Assembly (NCBI GenBank): GCA_964443135.1
Contig: CAYUBQ010000017.1
Span: 726-64,725 of the forward strand
Source of the DNA: an uncultured Desulfobacterales bacterium
GTDB taxonomy: Bacteria; Desulfobacterota; DSM-4660; Desulfatiglandales; HGW-15
DNA: 64,000 nt
Reading direction: 5' to 3'
Made by a program: the position numbers and the translations under genes
The notes under the pieces: generated by a model
The model's input: only the letters and a program-made list of their open reading frames with translations
The model's database searches: none
What the model was told of the DNA's origin: nothing
Part shown: positions 57,616 to 64,000 of the stretch, one piece after another
Numbering within the stretch: position 1 is the stretch's first letter
Layout of the letters: each line of letters begins with the position of its first letter

Positions 57616-58416
57616 CTATCTTTTTCGAGGAATGCGCAAGGCCGTCCTCGAGCTCTCGCGCCACGGCGGCAGGCTGATGCCGAAGGACCTGTGGATTCGT
57701 GCACAGCTCAGGACCGAGTAGGGGGGCCGTGCGGCCGGGGTGGGGTAGTCCTCGGTGGAAATGGGGTGAACGTTTTGAACCCGCAGGGCCAGAGCCTGCG
57801 GGGCCAGCTCGAAGATGCCTTCGGCAAAGCCGTACCAGGTGGTTTGCCCCTGATTGGAGCAGTGATAGGTCCCCCAAGGGGAGGGGGTTCGGGGCAGGGC
57901 CTCTGCGATTTGGAGGATCGCCCGGGCGAGGTCTCTTGCCCAAGTGGGGCAGCCCACCTGGTCGTTCACCACGGAGAGGGTGTCGCGCTCCCGCCCCAGG
58001 CGGAGCATGGTGGTGAGGAAGTTGCGGCCGTAGGCGTTCAGGGGGGAGACCGGGTCCTCTTCTCGGTAGGGCCGCGTGCCCCGGCCGTCGAACACGTAGT
58101 CCGTGGAGACGTGGATCAGGGGAACGTTCGCTTGTGAGCAGGCCGCGGCCAGGTTCTCGGCGCCGTCCCGGTTCACGGCAAAGGCGAGGCCGGGTTCGGA
58201 CTCGGCCCGGTCCACGTCGGTGTAGGCCGCTGCGTTGACGAGGATGTCGGGTTTTTGACGGGTGAGGGCCTGCCGGACCGCCTCGGGGTCGGTGATGTCC
58301 AGGTCGGTCCGGGTGAGGGGGAGGACGGTCACGTCCGAGCCGGGACGGGATCCGGCCTCTTGGATCTCCCTTCCCAGCTGCCCGCCCGCCCCGGTCAGGA
58401 GGAGGCGCAGGGTCAT
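57616..58416 (-). pseudogene. rfbD: dTDP-4-dehydrorhamnose reductase with in-frame internal deletion
   Basis: N-terminus LLLTGAGGQLG. The sequence reads ..PLNAYG|RNFLTTML.., whereas copy 2 reads ..ILRTSWLYATHGRNFLTTML. About 30 residues are missing, including the Lys of the YxxxK motif. Confidence 0.65.
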
Positions 58417-58790
58417 GGCGTCTTTTCCGCGTACACGGGCAGTTGATCCGCGGGAACGTCCCTCAGCCGGGGGAGGTCCCGGTCCTTGGGGGAGAGGAGC
58501 GGGTCGTCCACGGGCCAGTCGATGCCGAGGTCCGGATCGGACCAGAGGATGCCCGCGTCGCAGTCGGGCGCGTAGACGTCGCTGCACTTGTAGAGCACCA
58601 GCGCCTCCTCGGTCAGGGCGCAGAACCCGTGGGCGAACCCCTCGGGGACAAAGAGCTGGCAAGGGTCTTGGGCGGAGAGCCGCATCCCGAACCAGCGGCG
58701 GAAGGTGGGGGAGCCCAGCCGGATGTCCACGCAGACGTCGAAGACCTCTCCCTGAATCGCCTGGATCAGCTTGGCCTGGGGGCTCAGCCC
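58413..58790 (-). pseudogene. rfbC: dTDP-4-dehydrorhamnose 3,5-epimerase lacking ~65 N-terminal codons
   Basis: The frame is open only from 58790 ([30 protein letters not shown]..). The first canonical start is a GTG at 58730. The fragment abuts the rfbA stop codon. Confidence 0.7.
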
Positions 58791-59671
58791 TCATCCGGCG
58801 GACCTCCGTCTCTCAGAAGGCCCAGCAGGTAGCGGCCGTAGTCGTTTTTCTCCAGGGGCCGGGCGAGCCGCTCCACCTGCTCATCGTCGATGTACCCCAT
58901 GCGCCAGGCGATCTCCTCCACGCAGGCCACGCGCAGGCCCTGGCGCTCCTGGATGACCTGGATGAAGTGGGCCGCCTGGAGGAGGCTCTCGTGGGTGCCC
59001 GTGTCCAGCCAGGCGATGCCCCGGCCGAGCTTCTCCACGGCCAGCTCCCCGCGCTCCAGGTAGGCGCGGTTGACGTCCGTGATCTCCAGCTCCCCCCGGG
59101 GGGAGGGCTCGAGCCCGGCCGCGATCTCCAGCACCCGGTTGTCGTAGAAGTAGAGGCCGGTGACGGCCCAGTTGGAGGGGGCCTTTTGGGGCTTCTCCTA
59201 AATGCCCACGGGCCGGTCCTTCGGGTCGAAGGCCACCACGCCGTAGCGCTCGGGGTCGCGCACCCAGTAGCCGAAGACCGTGGCGCCGGTGGTCCTTCGG
59301 GCCGCCCGGTTCAGGAACCCGGGCAGGCCGTGGCCGAAGAAGATGTTGTCCCCGAGGATCATGCAGACCCGGTCCTCCCCCACGAAGTCCCGGCCGATGA
59401 GGAAGGCCTGGGCCAGCCCCTCGGGCCGGGGCTGCTCGGCGTAGGCGAACCGGAGGCCCCACTGGGAGCCGTCCTGGAGCAGGTCCTGGAACCGGGGGAG
59501 GTCCACCGGGGTGGAGATCACCAGGATCTCCCGGATGCCCGCCAGCATGAGGACGCTGAGCGGGTAGTAGATCATGGGCTTGTCGTAGACCGGGAGCATC
59601 TGCTTGCTCACCCCCTGGGTGATGGGGTAGAGCCGGGTGCCCGATCCGCCGGCCAGGATGATGCCTTTCAC
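58784..59671 (-). pseudogene. rfbA: Glucose-1-phosphate thymidylyltransferase interrupted by an in-frame TAG
   Basis: GTG start at 59671 ([18 protein letters not shown]). TAG at 59198-59200 falls within ..[26 protein letters not shown].. The same frame continues to 58784. Confidence 0.75.
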
Positions 59672-59769
59672 GGGTTCTTCCTCTTTTCCACCATTGCTTC
59701 GTTCGATTCTATCCTGTCGTCGCGAGTACCATAGCAAGCATCGACATCGAGGACCACAGCTGCCGCTGA

Positions 59770-60174
59770 TCAGGAAACGGGTAGCCGCGGTGCAGGCCGA
59801 ACATCGGTCTTGGAGAAATCGTCGCCTTTGAACAGGAGCGGTTCGCCGCTGTATACGGAAAGGGCGTACGCACAGCAATCGCCGATGTTCAGGGAGGCCG
59901 GGTGTCTGCCTTTGCCGTATTTTCTCCAGGCGGTCCTGGCCAGCTCATACTGGCGGAGGTCCATGGGCACAATATCAATGGTGGAGTGGTGGAGAAGAAG
60001 GTCGAGCTCACGTCCCCCAGGTTCGCCTTTCTTGGCCTCAATGACGATGCCGGCCTCGAGCGCGGAGAATGCGCTCAGGAGCCTCTTGGGGTCTGCGGCA
60101 ATGGTTCGAGCGAATGATTCTGCATCGGCTTCGCCGAGCAGAATGGCCATCAGCGCGGACGTGTCGATGACCAT
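59770..60174 (-). CDS. vapC: PIN-domain toxin
   Basis: [15 protein letters not shown] and [11 protein letters not shown]. Confidence 0.85.
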   Translation of the reverse strand: MVIDTSALMAILLGEADAESFARTIAADPKRLLSAFSALEAGIVIEAKKGEPGGRELDLLLHHSTIDIVPMDLRQYELARTAWRKYGKGRHPASLNIGDCCAYALSVYSGEPLLFKGDDFSKTDVRPAPRLPVS

Positions 60175-60428
60175 CAGGCGGGCGCTCCATCCCTGTCGTA
60201 GCCCAGGATGGTATCAGCGGAGCGGGGGTCGATGTCGGGGAGGTTCCGGCAGCGCAAGGAAATGGCCATGATCTCGTCGACAGTGTTTTGAGGGGTTCGC
60301 CGGCCGCGTAGGCGCTCCAGCCTTTCCTCCAGGGCATGTATCACGGCCTGTGTCAGGTTCTCGCCGCTTTCCTCGGCCACCTCCCTTGCCAGCTTCTCGG
60401 CTCGTTCATTTCGAATGCTGAGCGCCAT
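60174..60428 (-). CDS. vapB: VapB-type antitoxin
   Basis: MALSIRNERAEKLAREVAEESGENLTQAVIHALEERLER. Its stop codon abuts the vapC start. Confidence 0.8.
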   Translation of the reverse strand: MALSIRNERAEKLAREVAEESGENLTQAVIHALEERLERLRGRRTPQNTVDEIMAISLRCRNLPDIDPRSADTILGYDRDGAPA

Positions 60429-60555
60429 GGTTTTTCTCCAGAAATGTATTGAATATATCAAAAAATATAGAATACAGAAAGCTGTCCGTCAAGGGGAAAA
60501 ACTTCAAGAGTTGCAGGATGGACTGGACCGCCGGCAACCGGGAAAGGTGTTGTCG

Positions 60556-60915
60556 CTATGGAAGCGTCCAGGAGAGTCCCATGACCCAGCCGACACTCTC
60601 CACGATCTCCCGGGTCCTCCGGGGGGAGAGGGTGCCGATTTTCTCGAGCAGGCGGTTCTTGTCGATGACCATGACATGGGTTCCCCTTGCCAGACTGGGC
60701 CTGGGGAGGTTCGCTTCCCCTTTCTCGAGCAGGACGTTTCCGGGAAGCGCGGCATGATGGGTGCTTTTCGTCAGAGGAACCACCAGGACCGTGCGAAAGC
60801 GGCTTCGGTTGATGGCATTCCTCTGCACGACCACCATGGGTCGATTGTAGGCCGGCTCTGAGCCGGTATTTGCAGCAAGGCTTCCACAGAAGACGTCCCC
60901 CTGCTGGATCACCAT
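60556..60915 (-). CDS. mazF: MazF/PemK-family endoribonuclease toxin
   Basis: MVIQQGDVF..NRPMVVVQRNAINRSRFRTVLVVPLT..LPGNVLL..VMVIDKNRL. Confidence 0.85.
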   Translation of the reverse strand: MVIQQGDVFCGSLAANTGSEPAYNRPMVVVQRNAINRSRFRTVLVVPLTKSTHHAALPGNVLLEKGEANLPRPSLARGTHVMVIDKNRLLEKIGTLSPRRTREIVESVGWVMGLSWTLP

Positions 60916-61163
60916 GACTCCTCCGGCTCGCCCGCGATGCCCAGCATCTCCTCGGCCAGGTCCTGGTCGTAGGCCGCGGTGCCTGGATCCGAACACACCT
61001 CATTGAATTGTCGGGTGATTTCCTCTTCCTCGAGCCTCTCGATCTGTTGCGCCACGGCCTGGACGACAAAGCGGCTCCTGGAGATGCCCTGCTTTTTGGC
61101 CCATGCATCCAGCTTCTCGAGGCATGGAGGGGGGATGGTGATCGCAATTCGCTGTGCTGACAT
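60909..61163 (-). CDS. Ribbon-helix-helix (CopG-like) antitoxin
   Basis: RIAITIPPPCLEKLDAWAKKQGISRSRFVVQAV. Overlaps mazF by 7 nt. Confidence 0.8.
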   Translation of the reverse strand: MSAQRIAITIPPPCLEKLDAWAKKQGISRSRFVVQAVAQQIERLEEEEITRQFNEVCSDPGTAAYDQDLAEEMLGIAGEPEESW

Positions 61164-61290
61164 GAGACGCTCCTATGTCCATGATCAGTATGATCAATCG
61201 TAATCGGGTAGAATCTCCAAGTCAAGCAGGGGATCCTGATCGCAGGTTGGGGTTGACATCGCTCCAATTTTACCGTACAAATTTGGAGTC

Positions 61291-62487
61291 ATGTTCTCGA
61301 GGCAGATCCAGCCTGTTGCGACGAAGAGCTTTTTCCTGTTCGGCCCTCGGCAGACCGGGAAGAGCACCTATGTTCGTTCGTTGTTGTCCTCCGAGGACCT
61401 GTACATCGATCTGTTGCCCCAGCGGAGCTACCTGGACTATGTCCGAAATCCCGGTAGCGTGCGGGAAGAGATTCTGGCCCATCTGGATCGGCATCCCGGG
61501 GCGATGTGTGTCATTGACGAGATCCAAAAGATCCCCGCGCTTTTGGACGAGGTACACGAGCTGATCGAGTCGCGGGGGGCCAGGTTCATTCTCACCGGGT
61601 CCAGCGCCAGGAAGCTTCGCAGGGGCGCTGCCAACCTTCTGGCGGGGAGGGCCTATACCTATCGCCTCTTTCCCCTGACCTTGCTGGAGCTGGGAGAGCG
61701 TTTCGATCTGGACCGGGCCCTCCGGGTCGGGACCCTTCCCGTGTTGTGGGGGGATGACCGCGAGGACCCTGCCGAGTTCCTGCGATCGTATGCCGAGACC
61801 TACCTGAAGGAAGAGGTGGCGGCCGAGGGCCTGGTACGGGATATCGGCCCTTTTGCGCAGTTCCTCGACATGGCTGCCGCCAATGACGGGGAGACCGTCA
61901 ACTTCAGCAACATGGCCCGAGAGTGCTCGGTGTCCAGCAAGACGGTGCAGCAGTACTATCAGATCCTTGAGGACACCTTTCTGGCCGTGAAGCTCTCGGC
62001 ATGGAGGCGCAGTGCCCGAAGGCGTCTCGTTTCCAACCCCCGGTACTACCTCTTTGACCCCGGCGTGACCAATGCCCTTGCCCACACCCTGACAGACCGG
62101 ATGGGGGGAAGCCTTCTCGGCCGGCGCTTCGAGCAGTTCGTCATCGGCCAGCTGACGGCCGCCATCCATTACCAGCGGCTGGACTACACCCTGCACTACT
62201 GGCGCACGAACCACGGCGCGGAGGTGGATGTCCTGCTCTGCGCCGGGAACCGCATCGTCTGCGCGCTCGAAATCAAGGCCTCCCGGCGAATCGCCTCGGA
62301 GTCCCTGACGGGGCTCAAGAGCTTTCTGGAGGACAACCCTGAGGTTGCCGCCTATGTTCTCGGGATCCAGCAGAAAAGGCGTAAGCTGGCCAACGGTGTC
62401 ACCGTGATGGACTGGAAGGACTTCATTGCGGAGCATTTGGAATCCGAGGGAGGTGGTCTTCAGACTCGGAGTTCACGAAGGACCTGA
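61291..62487 (+). CDS. COG1373-type AAA ATPase with DUF4143-like C-terminal domain (paralog 2)
   Basis: Walker A GPRQTGKS, Walker B CVIDEIQ. C-terminus HYWRTNHGAEVDVLL..ALEIKAS (D..ExK-like). Promoter TTGACA-N17-TACAAA at ~61254. Confidence 0.85.
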   Translation: MFSRQIQPVATKSFFLFGPRQTGKSTYVRSLLSSEDLYIDLLPQRSYLDYVRNPGSVREEILAHLDRHPGAMCVIDEIQKIPALLDEVHELIESRGARFILTGSSARKLRRGAANLLAGRAYTYRLFPLTLLELGERFDLDRALRVGTLPVLWGDDREDPAEFLRSYAETYLKEEVAAEGLVRDIGPFAQFLDMAAANDGETVNFSNMARECSVSSKTVQQYYQILEDTFLAVKLSAWRRSARRRLVSNPRYYLFDPGVTNALAHTLTDRMGGSLLGRRFEQFVIGQLTAAIHYQRLDYTLHYWRTNHGAEVDVLLCAGNRIVCALEIKASRRIASESLTGLKSFLEDNPEVAAYVLGIQQKRRKLANGVTVMDWKDFIAEHLESEGGGLQTRSSRRT

Positions 62488-62580
62488 TCAATGGACTCGA
62501 CGAATGCATCGACCTCATATTGGAGCTCTGGCATCTGATTGGCGAGGCGGGAGCAGGACGTTTCCGGGAAGCGCGGCATG

Positions 62581-62615
62581 CGGCGCATGAGCGGGTTTTT
62601 GCGAATGCGTCAATC
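62581..62615 (-). repeat. Structured interspersed element, 5'-arm fragment (copy J)
   Basis: Minus-strand reading GATTGACGCATTCGCAAAAACCCGCTCATGCGCCG, joined directly to a 30-nt mazF-derived segment. Confidence 0.65.
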
Positions 62616-62690
62616 GTCTGGCTCGGAAGGCGTTTCCGTGTGGGAGGGGAATGTGGTATATTCTTTCACGTCGTGATCAGGAGGGCGATC

Positions 62691-63113
62691 TTGCTGTCTG
62701 AGGAGCAAAAAAGGAAGGCATCGAGGTTTCTTGAGGGCTTCGACGCCATTGCTTCGGCCTACCTTTTTGGGTCCACAAGCGTGGGATGCGCTCGAAGCGG
62801 CAGCGACATCGATATTGCCGTCCGTGTTCGGAACGGGGTTCCTTCGGAAGAGCGGTTCGAGATCAGGATGGCGTTGCTTTCCGACCTGGAGCCGCTGTTC
62901 GATGCCCCTGTGGACGTTCTGGTGATGAACGATGCCTCCCTGGCCATCCTCCACCAGGTCCTTTCCTACGGCGTTCCCCTTTTCATCCGAGACCCCGAGG
63001 AAGAGGAACAGTTCCGGGTGAATCGGCTCAAGGCGTTTTTCGATTTCCGTTACTACCTCGACAGGGATTTTGACGAAACGGAACGGTTCTTCAGGAAGGC
63101 GAGTCATGGTTGA
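62691..63113 (+). CDS. Minimal nucleotidyltransferase (MNT) antitoxin
   Basis: TTG start after AGGAGGG. AYLFGSTSVGCARSGSDIDIAV motif (GS..DxD). Confidence 0.8.
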   Translation: MLSEEQKRKASRFLEGFDAIASAYLFGSTSVGCARSGSDIDIAVRVRNGVPSEERFEIRMALLSDLEPLFDAPVDVLVMNDASLAILHQVLSYGVPLFIRDPEEEEQFRVNRLKAFFDFRYYLDRDFDETERFFRKASHG

Positions 63114-63534
63114 TGCGGATGTGATCCAATCCAAGCTGCGGTTCCTGCGCGAGTACCTCCAGGATCTGGACGAGTACCGGCAGATCACGACGGCGGATTA
63201 TATCAGACAGAAAAAGGATCAGCGTTTCATCGAGCGGACCCTCCATCTGGCCTGCGAGTGCTGCATCGACATCGCGGCACACGTGATATCCAGAAAAAAC
63301 CTTCGGCCCCCCAAGGACAACAAAGACCTTTTCCTCATTCTCTACGAGAACGGCCTCATTTCAGGATCCATGGAATCCGCAATGCGTAAGATGGTGCAGT
63401 TCAGAAACATCGTGGTTCACGACTATGCCCGCATCGATCCGGAGATCGTCGTAGGAATTCTGCACCACGATGTGGAAGACCTCCGGGGCTTCGCCCGGGA
63501 GATCCTGGATCGTCTCCCCCACATCGCTTCTTGA
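63106..63534 (+). CDS. HEPN/DUF86 toxin
   Basis: Rx4-6H motif FRNIVVHDY. Its ATG overlaps the MNT stop codon. Confidence 0.85.
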   Translation: MVDADVIQSKLRFLREYLQDLDEYRQITTADYIRQKKDQRFIERTLHLACECCIDIAAHVISRKNLRPPKDNKDLFLILYENGLISGSMESAMRKMVQFRNIVVHDYARIDPEIVVGILHHDVEDLRGFAREILDRLPHIAS

Positions 63535-63537
63535 GCG

Positions 63538-64000
63538 CTATCTTTTTCGAGAAATGCGCAAGGCCGTCTTCAGGCTCTCGCGCCATGGGGGCAGGCTGAT
63601 GCCGAAGGTCCTGTGAATTCGTGCACAGTCCAGGACCGAGGAACGGGGCCGCTCGGCCGGGGTGGGGTAGTCCTCGGTGGGGATGGGGTGAATTTCTTGA
63701 ACCCGAAGCCCCTGATCCTGCGGGGCCAGCTCGAAGATGGACTCGGCGAAGCCGTACCAGGTGGTCTCCCCCCGGTTGGAGCAGTGATAGGTCCCCCAGG
63801 GGGAGGGGGTTCGGAAAAGGGCCGCGGCGATGTGCAGGATCGCCCCGGCCAGGTCCCCGGCCCAGGTGGGGCAGCCCGACTGGTCGTTCACCACGGAGAG
63901 GGACTCACGCTCGCGTCCCAGACGGAGCATGGTGGTGAGGAAGTTGCGGCCGTGGGTGGCGTAGAGCCAGGAGGTGCGGAGGATCACGTGCTCCGGGTGG
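63538..64000 (-). CDS. rfbD: dTDP-4-dehydrorhamnose reductase, copy 2 (partial, runs off the window)
   Basis: ..ILRTSWLYATHGRNFLTTMLRLGRERESLSVVNDQSGCPTW..YHCSNRGETTWYGFAE. Unlike copy 1, the segment around TSWLY is intact. Confidence 0.85.
   Translation of the reverse strand, partial: HPEHVILRTSWLYATHGRNFLTTMLRLGRERESLSVVNDQSGCPTWAGDLAGAILHIAAALFRTPSPWGTYHCSNRGETTWYGFAESIFELAPQDQGLRVQEIHPIPTEDYPTPAERPRSSVLDCARIHRTFGISLPPWRESLKTALRISRKR

Noticed and set aside
59198-59200. Reading the rfbA amber codon as pyrrolysine or as programmed recoding.
   Set aside because: There is no pyl gene context in the window and no precedent that I know of for this enzyme. The neighbouring rfbC and rfbD are also damaged, which favours a pseudogene.

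Overview
This is a high-GC bacterial chromosomal segment. Its gene content resembles a flagellated deltaproteobacterium (Desulfobacterota); that taxonomic call is inference only. I saw no rRNA, tRNA, CRISPR array, transposase or integrase.

Core content, left to right:
- HAMP class III cyclase, polysaccharide deacetylase, TPR/LysM lipoprotein, Smr protein, DUF3786 protein, purE, tsaC.
- A REC protein plus a sigma-54 two-component pair, an M24 peptidase, nadA, a PLP decarboxylase, trmJ.
- A four-gene secreted/CsgG-like lipoprotein operon that runs directly into a CHASE2 cyclase.
- ilvBNC with a candidate leader-peptide attenuator, then nadE and a DegT-type aminotransferase.
- A chemotaxis cluster: cheD, a long cheZ-like gene, cheY, cheA, a second cheD, an HDOD gene, a second REC gene, cheX, cheB.
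- A c-di-GMP block (PilZ, REC-GAF-HD-GYP) and a flagellar filament locus: flaG, fliS, fliD, a 753-aa flagellin, fliB.

The right end (about 56.7-63.5 kb) is an accessory island. It holds four type II toxin-antitoxin (TA) pairs (a fifth, phd/vapC, sits at 29.9-30.6 kb), a COG1373 ATPase and a decaying rfbA/rfbC/rfbD copy. Diverged 500-bp direct repeats bracket it.

The main hunt result is a ~104-nt structured interspersed element that I do not recognise, with 11 copies or fragments in this window.
- It has inverted-repeat termini (TGACG..CGTCAT).
- Two copies have perfect 6-bp flanking duplications.
- Both strands show a stem followed by a T5 run.
- Three host genes take their stop codon or C-terminus from it.
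- It sits at the borders of accessory cassettes, which are themselves flanked by duplicated fragments of host genes (ilvC, trmJ, mazF, DUF86-rfbD).

All calls come from reading the sequence and the ORF track. No database search was run.
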